A stretch of DNA of 64,000 nucleotides from Longimicrobiales bacterium (GCA_965226375.1 CBDDCX010000008.1:1824001-1888000); one strand, 5' to 3'. Shown: positions 10,391 through 20,090, counted from the stretch's first letter. Numbers and translations are program-made. Notes: generated from the letters alone by a model not told the origin.

Positions 10391-10710
10391 TCATGGGTGG
10401 GCGGCGTCGAATCCCTTGGAAGAGCGCCTTTTCAACCAAACGAAAACGGGAATGCCAGCCAGGAGCAATAGGCTGCCCCAGTAGACGGCGTCCCTCCCCG
10501 CTCCCATGATCGCCCAGGCCGAATAGACAAAGGCCAGACCCGCCACGAGAGAGTGACCCCGAGTGCGCCGACTGAGGTGGCCACCCAACCGACCATGCTG
10601 ACCGATCCATAGGGCGAGAGAGCGGCCGGAAGAAGAAAGACGCCCGAACCGATCATGATGCCGACGACCAGCGCGGTGCACATCCAAAGACCGATCTTCT
10701 TGTTGCTCAT
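10391..10710 (-). pseudogene. APC-family amino acid antiporter (ArcD/AdiC-like) reduced to fused N- and C-termini
   Basis: MSNKKIGLWMCTALVVGIMIGSGVFLLPAAL joined out of frame near 10555 to AFVYSAWAIMGAG...LLLAGIPVFVW; the middle is absent. Confidence 0.85.
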
Positions 10711-10805
10711 ACCAGGTCACTCGGCACCACAAGGATATTCCGGTCCGCAGGGAGCATGGGGTGAAGAAGCAGGCTACGAGCACCCGAAGGGGGGCGCAAC
10801 GCGAA

Positions 10806-10827
10806 AGGGCTCCCTTTGGGGGGCCCT
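10806..10827. terminator. GC-rich hairpin, possible terminator
   Basis: agggctccc-tttg-gggggccct, downstream of the 10856 stop. Confidence 0.4.
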
Positions 10828-10855
10828 CAGATGCGGACTGGTAACCGTGCTCGGC

Positions 10856-11308
10856 TCAGGCCAGCGCGACTCCGCCGCTCCCGCCGGCCCTGGCTCCGAC
10901 GGCACAGACGGCCCAGGCGATAAAACCGATGGGCGCCCCCGAGATCATCCACATGAACGCCACCGAATACTTGTCGTCCGGATAGAGGATGTAGGGCGTA
11001 AACTCGAGGGCGACGCCCGTCAGGAAGCCACCCATGATCAGCGCCGCCAATCCGTGCACCCACTTGCCGCGAAGGGTGCCGAGAGCCCACGACCATGCAC
11101 CTAACGACACCGCGAGCGTCACGACGATGCCACCCATGGTGCACCGATACGGGTGTGTGAAGAGACCCTGTGCGGCTTGGCGCGTGCCGGGAATCCACCC
11201 GAGGTTCGCGCAGATGACCACAACAGCCACCGCAATCACATAAGCGCTGCCATAACGTTTCAGTTGAGCCTGCGTAATCTTTGGACCCACACGCGCCTCC
11301 CGTGTCAA
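10856..11308 (-). CDS. Hypothetical membrane protein (about 4 TM)
   Basis: Hydrophobic segments; start uncertain. Confidence 0.55.
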   Translation of the reverse strand: MTREARVGPKITQAQLKRYGSAYVIAVAVVVICANLGWIPGTRQAAQGLFTHPYRCTMGGIVVTLAVSLGAWSWALGTLRGKWVHGLAALIMGGFLTGVALEFTPYILYPDDKYSVAFMWMISGAPIGFIAWAVCAVGARAGGSGGVALA

Positions 11309-11329
11309 AGTACTTTACATTGCAAAGTA
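11304..11329. promoter_or_regulatory. AT-rich palindromic operator candidate
   Basis: AAAGTACTTT overlapping TACTTT-N7-AAAGTA in a GC-rich background. Confidence 0.45.
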
Positions 11330-11432
11330 TCGATCACCGAGTGAGTTGCCAAGTGCGTTGTTGGGGCGGTGGCGGCCGTGAGGGCTCCGTAGGTGTCGGC
11401 CCTTCGAGTGGTCGACGACGTCTCGGTCGGTG

Positions 11433-11885
11433 TCAGCCTGTCGCCGAATCGGACTGCGACTCACTCAACGCCGCGATCTCATCCTTCACCGCCTCCACGA
11501 GGTCACCGAAGTGCGCAGGCTTCTGGAGGCAACGGCGCACGCCGAGAGCGTACGCTCTGCGTAGGTGAGCGGGGTTGGTCGAGGCCGAGAACATGATGAC
11601 CGGGATCTGCCTCAACGGCTCGTGCTCGCTCATCCACTCGAGGATATCGAGACCCGTCATATCGGGAAGCCAAAGGTCCAGAACCATGATGGTCGGGAGG
11701 GGAAAAAAATCCTCGTCGTCCTCGTACGATGGCCACTCACCGCGAAGGTAGCGCTTGGCTCCCTCGCCCCTGACCGCAACGTGCACCCGGGCTTGGGTAT
11801 ACCCGCGTGCGAACACCGCCTCGATGAGGGTGGCGTGGTCTTTGTTGTCTTCGACGACAAGGATGGTCGTCTGGCCCATGTGCAT
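11433..11885 (-). CDS. Single-domain response regulator (CheY-like)
   Basis: VEDN, LDLWLP (phosphoacceptor Asp), SAS, KP. Confidence 0.9.
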   Translation of the reverse strand: MHMGQTTILVVEDNKDHATLIEAVFARGYTQARVHVAVRGEGAKRYLRGEWPSYEDDEDFFPLPTIMVLDLWLPDMTGLDILEWMSEHEPLRQIPVIMFSASTNPAHLRRAYALGVRRCLQKPAHFGDLVEAVKDEIAALSESQSDSATG

Positions 11886-12063
11886 CTCCGCTAAGGCGTG
11901 TGATCCTGGGGGATCATCACAACTTCAACATTAGCCAACACTTAACGGCATGGACAAGACCTTTGTTCTGCCGTCTCGGAGACCAGCCGCTTGAACTGAC
12001 CATCTCCGGGTGGTAGATCACGCGGACGGCCTACCCCGAACTTCATTCGACGCTGGCCCAATC

Positions 12064-12603
12064 ATGCCCTCTGCCTCACATCTGCTATACGCCCTCGTCA
12101 GGGAAGGCATGACGCATCTCGTGGGCCTGCCCGACACCATCTCGTCCTCGCTCGTCGACGCTGCGGAGGCCGACCCGGCAACCCGATACGTGCCGGTGAC
12201 CAGAGAGGGCGAGGCCTTCGCCGTGGCAGCCGGGCTCTGGATCGGCGGCGGCGAGCCCGTGGTCATCGTGCAGAACACGGGCCTCCTGGAAAGTGGCGAC
12301 AGTTTGCGTGGCACGGTGGCCCGTATGGGAGTGCCCGTCTTGTGCCTCGTAACGTACAGGGGACATCGGAAGATGACAGCTGCAGGGATGGGACCGGCCT
12401 TCGACCCTCCGGACCGTGCCAACCTTGTACGCCCCGATGTGGATTCGACAGCGCTCCTCACGGAACCGACGCTCCGGACCTGGGGTGTTCCCACGCTGAT
12501 CATGGCCTCGGACGAGGACGTGGCGGGGGTCATCGACCTCTGGGCCCGAGCCCGTCGGGAGTCGAGGCCCGTGGTCGCCCTTCTCAGAGAGAGGCTCGAG
12601 TAG
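12064..12603 (+). CDS. TPP enzyme alpha subunit (sulfopyruvate/phosphonopyruvate decarboxylase, ComD-like)
   Basis: GLPDT, TREGEAFAVAAG, QNTGL, YRG motifs. Confidence 0.8.
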   Translation: MPSASHLLYALVREGMTHLVGLPDTISSSLVDAAEADPATRYVPVTREGEAFAVAAGLWIGGGEPVVIVQNTGLLESGDSLRGTVARMGVPVLCLVTYRGHRKMTAAGMGPAFDPPDRANLVRPDVDSTALLTEPTLRTWGVPTLIMASDEDVAGVIDLWARARRESRPVVALLRERLE

Positions 12604-13196
12604 TGCTGACCACGGGTGAGGTTCTGGCTCCGCTCTCCCGGTTGCGCACCGACGAGGTGGTGGTGACCACCATGAGCGTGGTGCGACCGTGGGGTCGTCT
12701 GTCGAATCACGTACTGGACTTCGCATCAGCCGACAGCGCCATGGGCCACGCGGCCGACCTTGCTCTGGGAATCGCGATCGCTCGACCGGACCGTCGGGTC
12801 CTGTGCTTGAATGGTGACGGGAGCATGCTCATGACGCTGGGCACTCTCGTGACGGCGGCGTCGGCTGGGGCCACGAACCTTGTCCTGTTCGTGATCGACA
12901 ACGGCACCTACGAGATCACCGGGAACCAGCGCATCCCGGGCGGCGGGAGCGTGGACTTACCTGCGATGGCCGGGGCGGCCGGGTTTCCCGAAGCGTTTTC
13001 CTACGACGATCCCCGAGAATATGAGGCGGCGTTACCGAAGGTTCTGACCGTCGATGGACCCGTGCTGGTCTCGTTGCGAGTGGAGCCGGGAGACGAAGGT
13101 CCGATCAGCCGAAATCCCTCGGAGGAGGCCCGCTACCTGCGGGTGTCCCTGGAGCGGTCCGCCCACCAGCTTCGGCACGACTTGGCCGAAAGCTGA
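12603..13196 (+). CDS. TPP enzyme beta subunit (ComE-like)
   Basis: AMGHA, GDGSMLM...DNGTYEITGNQ TPP-binding motif; TAGTG overlap with alpha. Confidence 0.8.
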   Translation: MLTTGEVLAPLSRLRTDEVVVTTMSVVRPWGRLSNHVLDFASADSAMGHAADLALGIAIARPDRRVLCLNGDGSMLMTLGTLVTAASAGATNLVLFVIDNGTYEITGNQRIPGGGSVDLPAMAGAAGFPEAFSYDDPREYEAALPKVLTVDGPVLVSLRVEPGDEGPISRNPSEEARYLRVSLERSAHQLRHDLAES

Positions 13197-13218
13197 TCGT
13201 AGCACCCACGTCCTCCCA

Positions 13219-15531
13219 CTACTCGGCCCGCAATGCACGGACCGGGTCGATCTTCAGCGCCCGACACGCCGGGACTGCCGTCGCCAGGAGAGAGATCACG
13301 GCAACCACTCCCGCCACCGTCACAAAAGTGATGGGATCATTGGGCTGAACGCCGAACAACACGCCCGTCATGAGCCGGCTGAGCCAGAACGCGCCCACCA
13401 ATCCGACCACGAGCCCGAGACCCGTTATCCGCGCACCGTCCGAAATCACGACCTTCAGGACCTCGCGCCCCTGGGCGCCCAAAGCGATGCGGATACCCAA
13501 CTCCCTGAGGCGCCGGTTCACCATGAACGAGATCACTCCGTAGAGCCCCAAACCCGCCAACCCCAGGGCCAGAGCCGCGCAGCCACCGAGTAACACCGTG
13601 AGGAACCGAGGCCGGGCGGCCTCACGCTCCACGAGACCCGCCATCGGGATGATCTCCGTCATCGTCTGGTCCGGGTTTATCGACCACACAGCCTCCCGGA
13701 TCGCAGGTGCAATAGATGCGGCAGCCCCCTGGATCTTCACGTACACGTTCATGAGGGAGCGCGGAAAGCCCAGATCCAACACGTAGAGGGCGGTGCGGGG
13801 TTGGGAAGCCAGCCCGTCGTGACGAACGTCCTGGACCACGCCGATGACCGTGTACTCACCTTGGCCAAGGTGCATCGACCGGCCCACCGGGTCCTCACCG
13901 GGCCACTCGAGCTCGGCCAGGGCGCGGTTCACGACAATGCTGGTGACCTCATCCTGGAGGGTAAACGGCCGCCCGCGGTCAAACGTCATCCCCAGAGTCT
14001 CGAAGAAGCCGGGTATCACGATGAACGCACCCGACTCGGGTTGTACCTCGGTGACGCTGCCGTCGTCATGGTGACGACTGAAGGAGTATGGCTCCCCGCC
14101 GCCCGCGAGAGAAGACGTTTTTGAGCCCCCCGCTAGCTCGACACCCGGGACCCGTCGGATCGCCTCCAGAAGGTTCCTGCGGTACGGGACGATCTCGTCG
14201 ACGGCAACGCCACCCGCCACGCTGATGGAGAAGGTCAGGACGTTGTCCGTCTGGAAGCCCGGGTCGACCCTGAGCAGGTTCGAGAGGCTACGGATCATGA
14301 GACCCGAGCCCACCACGAGGATCACGGCCATGGCGGTCTGTGCCACAACGAAGGCACCGCGGGTCCACCCCTGCCCACCACCAGCCACCGCAGCCCCCCC
14401 CCCCTCCTTGAGCACCCCTGCCGGCTCCATGCGTGATATGCGGGCGGCAGGGATCACCCCGAAAGCCAGGCCAGTCACGAGGGAGGCGGCAAAAGCGAAC
14501 ATCACCAGTCGACCGTCCACCGCCACATCAGCGGCGAGTGGAATCGACCCCGCGCTGATTGCGAGGAGGGTCTCCACTCCCAGGGCGGCCACGACCAGCC
14601 CGACCGCACCCCCCAGCACCGAGAGCACCATGCTCTCCGTGAGAAGCTGCCGGACGAGCCGTCCGGAGCTCGCACCCATCGAAATTCGCACAGCGATCTC
14701 CCTCGCCCGGGCCGTCGTCCGGGCCAGGAGGAGGCTTCCCACATTGGCGCACACGATCAGGAGGATCAGTAGGGTGGAGCCCATGAGCATCAGCAGGGCC
14801 GGCCGGATGGGTCCTACGAGTGTATCTCGAAGCCCCTCGACGTTGCCGCTTCCCCAATGCCTATTGGAGTCGGGATACTCCTGGGCCAGGCTAGCGAACA
14901 GCCGGTTGGACTCCTCTAACGCGACGTCCAAAGTAATTCCATCCGCCAGACGGCCCACCACACTCATCCATCGGATGCCCCGCACGTGAGGGATGCCGTC
15001 GTCCGTGATGAGTGAGATCGGAAGCCAGAGACGCACCTCGGGAGCCGGGAAGCGGAACGCATCGGGCATCACGCCGATGACCGTGAAGGCCGTGCCCTCG
15101 AGATTGACGGTGCGGCCGACGACACCCGGATCCGCGCCGAAGCGTGTCTGCCAGAGTCCGTGGCTGAGCACCACCGTGGCGCCCGCGCCCAGGACGACCT
15201 CTTCCGGCGTGAACATTCGTCCGAGGACGGGTGCGACACCCAAGGTTCGAAGAAAGCCTTCGGTGACGTAGGCGGCCGCAACCTGCGTCGGCGGCCCGTC
15301 ACCGAGAAGGTCGATGGCGGTTTGGCCCTCGGTGTACCAGTAGGCGCCCAACGACTCGAACGACGAGGTCAACGCCAGTAGGTCGTCGTAGTCCTGGGGC
15401 GAGAAAAGACCGTCCATGACGCTGCGCTCGTCATCCAGGTGGGAGAGCGCCACCAATCGATCCGCATCGGAATACGGCAGGCTCTTGAGAAGAACCGCGT
15501 CTACAACGCTGAAGATCGCAGTGGTCGCACC
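13219..15531 (-). pseudogene. ADOP/MacB-like duplicated ABC permease, C-terminal part (IS-interrupted)
   Basis: TTAIFSVVDAVLL, CANVGSLLLAR..AR.REIAVR, GLYGVISFMV.RR.RELGIRIALGA, DPVRALRAE. Confidence 0.9.
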
Positions 15532-15603
15532 CCTCTCTGCCAACGTACGTGAGACACGGAGCACGCAAAGAATTAGAGTAGGGCGAAGGCAGAGAAAACG
15601 AAC

Positions 15604-16053
15604 ATGTTGGGACTGCGAGAGAGAATGGCAGAGAATGGTAGTGCCCCTGGAACCGGGGAGGCCAAGCGAAGCGCGGCAGCTCCTGCGGACCCGGAGGTAG
15701 TAGATAGGCCGCTACGGCGGCGGTTCAGTCCGTCGTACAAGCTGCGGATCGTCGAAGAAGCGGACCGGTGCACCGAGCCCGGCGAGGTGGGTCAAGTCCT
15801 GCGGCGAGAGGGCCTGTACTCGTCGCACCTGACGACGTGGCGCAAGGCGGCGCATAGCGGGTCGCTGAAGGCCCTGTCGAAGAAACGCGGCCGCAAGCCG
15901 GAGCGAAATCCGCTGGATGAGAAGGTACGCAAGCTGGAGCGGCGAAACGCACGGCTCGGGAATGAGCTCAGGAAGGCACACCTGATCATCGACGTGCAGG
16001 GAAAAGTTGCGGGGCTGCTGGGGATAAGCCTCGACGACGGGACAAACTCTTGA
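15604..16053 (+). CDS. IS transposase OrfA (HTH)
   Basis: RRRFSPSYKLRIV, LRREGLYSSHLTTWR, coiled coil; G GGA AAA slippery site at 15999-16005. Confidence 0.9.
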   Translation: MLGLRERMAENGSAPGTGEAKRSAAAPADPEVVDRPLRRRFSPSYKLRIVEEADRCTEPGEVGQVLRREGLYSSHLTTWRKAAHSGSLKALSKKRGRKPERNPLDEKVRKLERRNARLGNELRKAHLIIDVQGKVAGLLGISLDDGTNS

Positions 16054-17057
16054 AGGCGGCCGATGAGCTGGCTAAGCACGTCGGTGTAAAACCGGCGTGC
16101 GCGGCCCTCGAGGTCTCCCGATCGACGTTGTACCGTCGTCGAGGCCCATCAACCGGGCAACAGCAGCCCCGCCCGACGCCCGCCCGGGCATTGAGCGAGA
16201 CGGAACGAGGCGAGGTCTTCGACACGCTGTGTTCGGAGCGGTTCGTGGACCGCTCACCCGCCGAGGTGGTGGCCACGCTGCTCGACGAAGAGGTCTACCT
16301 GTGCAGCGAACGCACGATGTATCGTGTTCTGGCCTCCGAGGTGCCGGTTCAGGAACGCCGGGCGCAGCGCACCCATCCCGAGTACAAGAAGCCCGAGTTG
16401 ATGGCCACGGCGCCGAACCAGGTGTGGTCCTGGGATATCACGCGGCTGCTCGGGCCGAAGAAGTGGAGCTATTACTACCTCTACGTCATCATGGACATCT
16501 ACAGCCGCTACGTCGTGGGCTGGATGGTGGCGGACCGGGAGAACTCGGCCCTGGCCGGCCGGTTGATCCAGCAGAGCTGCCTGAAGCATGGCGTCCAGCC
16601 CCGGGTCCTGACCCTGCACTCGGATCGGGGAGCTCCAATGACGAGCCAATGCACCGCTCAACTTCTCGCTGACCTCGGCGTGACCCGCTCGTTGAGCCGG
16701 CCTCAGGTGTCGGATGACAACCCGTTTTCCGAGGCTCAGTTCAAAACCTTGAAGTACCATCCCTCGTTTCCCGGACGGTTCGGGGATCAGGGCCAAGCCA
16801 AGACGTTCTGTCGATCGTTCTTCCGCTGGTACAATGCCGAGCACCGCCATGGCGGCATCTCGATGCTAACCCCCGAGCAGGTCCACTTCGGGAACGCCGA
16901 TCAGGTCATTGCCGGCAGGAAATCCGTGCTCCGCGAAGCATGGGCCGCTCATCCCGAACGCTTCGTCAGAGGTGTGCCGAAGCCCAAACCGCTCCCGGAG
17001 GCCGTCTTCATCAATCCTCCCATCCCTTCCCTCACCACACAGGACATTGCTCTCTAA
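16050..17057 (+). CDS. IS transposase OrfB (DDE integrase core)
   Basis: PNQVWSWDIT, LHSDRG, DNPFSEAQFKTLK; in the -1 frame relative to OrfA. Confidence 0.93.
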   Translation: MKAADELAKHVGVKPACAALEVSRSTLYRRRGPSTGQQQPRPTPARALSETERGEVFDTLCSERFVDRSPAEVVATLLDEEVYLCSERTMYRVLASEVPVQERRAQRTHPEYKKPELMATAPNQVWSWDITRLLGPKKWSYYYLYVIMDIYSRYVVGWMVADRENSALAGRLIQQSCLKHGVQPRVLTLHSDRGAPMTSQCTAQLLADLGVTRSLSRPQVSDDNPFSEAQFKTLKYHPSFPGRFGDQGQAKTFCRSFFRWYNAEHRHGGISMLTPEQVHFGNADQVIAGRKSVLREAWAAHPERFVRGVPKPKPLPEAVFINPPIPSLTTQDIAL

Positions 17058-17095
17058 TTAATCCCGTAGAGTGTCCCATTGTCGTTGACAGGTTC

Positions 17096-17498
17096 CGCAC
17101 CGATCCCGAGAGCGAGGACCATCAGTGCGACGGCCGTGAACCCACGATGCCGCACGAACGTCCGGAGTGCGAACCCGACGTCACTTCTCAATTGCTCCAA
17201 CACATCACCCCCCCCCCCCCCCCCCACCCCTCCCGGGGTCATTCGAAAAGTCATGAAATCCCGATGCCGGCGCGCGCCCCAACGCGGATCGGACCCTGTA
17301 CCACGTCCACGCAAAGGCCAGCCGGCGCGCCTCCCGGCGGAGCCGCTTTCCCGCCTCGTCCTCACCGAGAGTCCTTCGACCGATTTCGCACTCCTCCAGG
17401 AGATCACCGGCGATGCTTAGGCCCTCGGGACCCGGGGGTAGCACATAGAGGAGGAACCGAACGGCCCGAGGGAGCGGACTCTGTGGCTGGAGACGCAC
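17096..17498 (-). pseudogene. ADOP permease N-terminal part; frameshift at an 18-nt homopolymer (17208-17225)
   Basis: IAGDLLEE prefix domain, then DVGFALRTFVRHRGFTAVALMVLALGIGA. Confidence 0.85.
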
Positions 17499-17502
17499 GC
17501 TG

Positions 17503-17838
17503 TTAGCTCGTCTCGCCCAGAACGCCCTCGGCGCTCCTCCAAAGATTCTGAAGGGCGCCGCGGCTCTCCCGCAGGGCCGCAATGCCCGACTCGGTAACGG
17601 TGAAGTGCCGGCGGGGTAGCCCCGACCGGGCGATGTCACCCGTCTCGACCCGCCACTCCAATAGACCCTTCTTCTTGAGGCGGTCCAGGGTCGTGTAGAG
17701 CGCCCCCTTCGACACCGTACGATCGGCGCTGCGCTCCAACTCCCGACTGACATCCAGGCTGGAGGCGTCGTTGTCTCCGGCCACCACGGCGAGTAGGACC
17801 ATCTGCTCGAATTCACCCAAGAACGACTTTCGAGTCAT
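17503..17838 (-). CDS. PadR family transcriptional regulator
   Basis: LGEFEQMVLLAV, GALYTTLDRL.KKG, RRHFTVT..G; upstream of the ADOP permease. Confidence 0.92.
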   Translation of the reverse strand: MTRKSFLGEFEQMVLLAVVAGDNDASSLDVSRELERSADRTVSKGALYTTLDRLKKKGLLEWRVETGDIARSGLPRRHFTVTESGIAALRESRGALQNLWRSAEGVLGETS

Positions 17839-17850
17839 GCAAACATCCTA

Positions 17851-17899
17851 TCTACATGTGCGAACGATTCTATTTTGTAGACTTGATCTATAAAGTAAA
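17851..17899. promoter_or_regulatory. Three TCTA-N5-TAGA-like boxes at 18-bp spacing (candidate PadR operators)
   Basis: TCTACATGTGCGA at 17851, TCTATTTTGTAGA at 17869, TCTATAAAGTAAA at 17887. Confidence 0.6.
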
Positions 17900-17984
17900 C
17901 CACCCTGTGATCGTGGCAAGTCCCGATCTTGGGCCCAACCAGCGTTCGGGATGGCTCGTGGGGTGTCTGCGCGGAATGCGTGGC

Positions 17985-18689
17985 CTAGTCGCGACCCGCC
18001 GAGAGATCCTGCAGCAACGTCCGGGCCCACTCCAGCTCATCGGCATTGACGGTGTGCCCCATGCCGGGATAGATGCGCTCTTCCACCCGCCCTCCGAGCG
18101 CCTCCATGACGCCGGTCGACTCGATGACCCGAGCATGGGGAATGTGGGGATCTACGTCACTACAACCCAGGAAAACGGGCGTATTCTCCAGCGACCCTCG
18201 GTAGTCGAACTCGGTCCCCTCGGGACCGATGAGGCCCCCCGAGAACGCCACGACGCCTCCGTAACGGCACACATTGCGGGCAACGAACTCCAGGGACAGA
18301 CAGGCTCCCTGTGAGAACCCCATCACTACGGTTCTCTCGGGTGGGAGTCCCGTGGACATCGCCTCTCGGTGAGCAGCCCCCACCCGCTCGAGCGCGGACG
18401 ACAGCCAAGGCTCGTTAGCGTCCGTCGGAGCCATGAAACTGTTCGGATACCAGGAGAAGCCCGGCGCCTGTGGCGCGATGAACGTCACTCTCGGCGCGTC
18501 CAGCTCGTGCGCCAGGCTCAGAATACCGCGGGGGCTATCGCCTCGGCCGTGGATCAGGACGACAGCCGTGTGGGCATCCTCCAGGTCCGGACCGAAGCGG
18601 ACCGAGGGACTGCCGAGGTGCGGGTCGCCCGGGATTGAGCCCGGGACCGGACCGGCAACCGAGCCCGGCTCCGGAGGCGCAGCGCTCAT
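17985..18689 (-). CDS. Alpha/beta hydrolase (phospholipase/carboxylesterase, MhqD-like)
   Basis: HGRG, GFSQG, DVDPHIP, GMGH. Confidence 0.88.
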   Translation of the reverse strand: MSAAPPEPGSVAGPVPGSIPGDPHLGSPSVRFGPDLEDAHTAVVLIHGRGDSPRGILSLAHELDAPRVTFIAPQAPGFSWYPNSFMAPTDANEPWLSSALERVGAAHREAMSTGLPPERTVVMGFSQGACLSLEFVARNVCRYGGVVAFSGGLIGPEGTEFDYRGSLENTPVFLGCSDVDPHIPHARVIESTGVMEALGGRVEERIYPGMGHTVNADELEWARTLLQDLSAGRD

Positions 18690-19654
18690 CCGGTGTTCCC
18701 GTGCGGCATGGTCAAACGCGGCAACCGGGACTCCAGCTCTCCACGCCGACCCTCCAGCCACGCCGGTAGCTTGATCTCGGTGCCGAGATTCTCCTCAGTC
18801 TCATCAACCGTGAAGCCGGGATTGTCGGTCGCGATCTCGAACAGCACCCCTCCCGGCTCGTGGAAGTAGATCGAGCGGAAGTAGTTCCGATCCTGCACCG
18901 TCGTCACGGGAATGCCGGCGGAGGCGATCGCCTCACGCCAGCTCTGTTGCTCGTCGTCGTCGCTGGCCCGGAAAGCCACATGGTGCACACTCCCCCGCCC
19001 CATGCGCCCTTCGTCGGCGGATCCGGTCGAGAGCAGATCTACCGTCGCACCGATTCCCCTCGCACGCCCACGAAAGCGCAGGCGGCCGCCGTCCTCTCCG
19101 CCAGGCTCGTACCCCATGAGGTCCGTAAGCAGGCGGGCTGTGGCCTGCGGATCGGCCACGTCCAGAGTCACTCCGTGGAACGACCGGATGGCATGCTCCG
19201 AGGGAATGGCGCGGTGCGCGGAGGGCCCAGCTGTCGTCTCCGCGGTGTCGGACCCGGCCACCAACTCCAGAACCAACCCATCGGTGTCCTCGAGCCGTAC
19301 GACATCCTCCCCGAACCGTGTATCCCTTACCACGTGGCCGACGCCCGCGGCCTCCAGGTGACCGACCCAGAACTCCGCCGACTCGGCCGGCACGCTGAAG
19401 GCTGCGACATCCGTGAATCCCGCGCCGCGCCGCGCCGGCGCCGCATGCTCCCACGGGAAGAACGTCATGATGGTCCCGGGTGTGCCCACCCGATCGCCGT
19501 AGTACAGGTGGTAGGTGCCCGGGTCGTCGAAGTTGACGGTGCGCTTTACGAGACGTAGCCCCAAGACTCCCACGTAGAAGTCCAGGTTAGCCTGAGCCGA
19601 TCCGGAGATGGCCGTGACATGGTGGATCCCGAGGATCCGTGGTTGATTCTCCAC
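18686..19654 (-). CDS. Ring-cleaving dioxygenase, VOC family (MhqO-like)
   Basis: GIHHVTAI, NFDDPGTYHLYYG, VHHVAFR, DRNYFRSIYF.EPGGVLFEIATD. Confidence 0.92.
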   Translation of the reverse strand: MENQPRILGIHHVTAISGSAQANLDFYVGVLGLRLVKRTVNFDDPGTYHLYYGDRVGTPGTIMTFFPWEHAAPARRGAGFTDVAAFSVPAESAEFWVGHLEAAGVGHVVRDTRFGEDVVRLEDTDGLVLELVAGSDTAETTAGPSAHRAIPSEHAIRSFHGVTLDVADPQATARLLTDLMGYEPGGEDGGRLRFRGRARGIGATVDLLSTGSADEGRMGRGSVHHVAFRASDDDEQQSWREAIASAGIPVTTVQDRNYFRSIYFHEPGGVLFEIATDNPGFTVDETEENLGTEIKLPAWLEGRRGELESRLPRLTMPHGNTG

Positions 19655-19771
19655 GCGAAGTTCCTTTCGTCTCGTCTCGGCGTCTACGCAGCGGCGCTGG
19701 CCTGTCTACCCGTGCGGACCCATGGCTACCGCCCGGCACCCGTCCTTCTCCGGGTCACTCGACCGGATACG

Positions 19772-19933
19772 CTACCATTTGGAAAGCGCAGAGCCTCGAC
19801 AAGCTCCACCTCGACCCGCTTCGGCGCCGAAATACGCCGAGACCAATTCCTCGGGGTCGGCCGTCTCCTCGAGGGAGCGCATGACCCGCTTGACGATTTC
19901 CGTACGATGGTCCGTCATGGCGAGAGCGTACAT
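19772..19933 (-). pseudogene. Possible N-terminal fragment of a minimal nucleotidyltransferase
   Basis: LVSAYFGAEAGRG resembles the AYLFGSxARG motif; no DxD follows. Confidence 0.3.
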
Positions 19934-19950
19934 GCGCCGCGGAGGTGGTG

Positions 19951-20090
19951 TCAATCGGACCGAAGCACGTTCAGCGGGTCCACACGGCCCGCCCTCACGG
20001 CCGGAATCAAGCTCGCCGCCAACGACACTCCAAGGAACGCTAGTAACACAACGCTCAGCGTCAGCGGGTTGAAGGGGCTCACCCCGAGTT
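19951..20090 (-). pseudogene. Orphan C-terminal remnant of a second ADOP permease
   Basis: Manual translation GVSPFNPLTLSVVLLAFLGVSLAASLIPAVRAGRVDPLNVLRSD*, matching the end of the permease at 13219. Confidence 0.75.

Larger units (their letters stand above)
15532..17095 (+). mobile_element. Complete IS3-family-like insertion sequence
   Basis: OrfA/OrfB; imperfect IRs TGCCAACGTACGTGAGACAC (15538-15557) and GTGTCCCATTGTCGTTGACA (17071-17090); CGCACC duplicated at 15526-15531 and 17096-17101; removal restores GIGA|TTAIF. Confidence 0.92.

Noticed and set aside
11898..11925. CRP/FNR site TGTGA...TCACA
   Set aside because: Spacer is 13 nt rather than 6
13219..15564. Intact 781-aa permease
   Set aside because: Its first residues come from the IS left end; the true N-terminus lies beyond the IS
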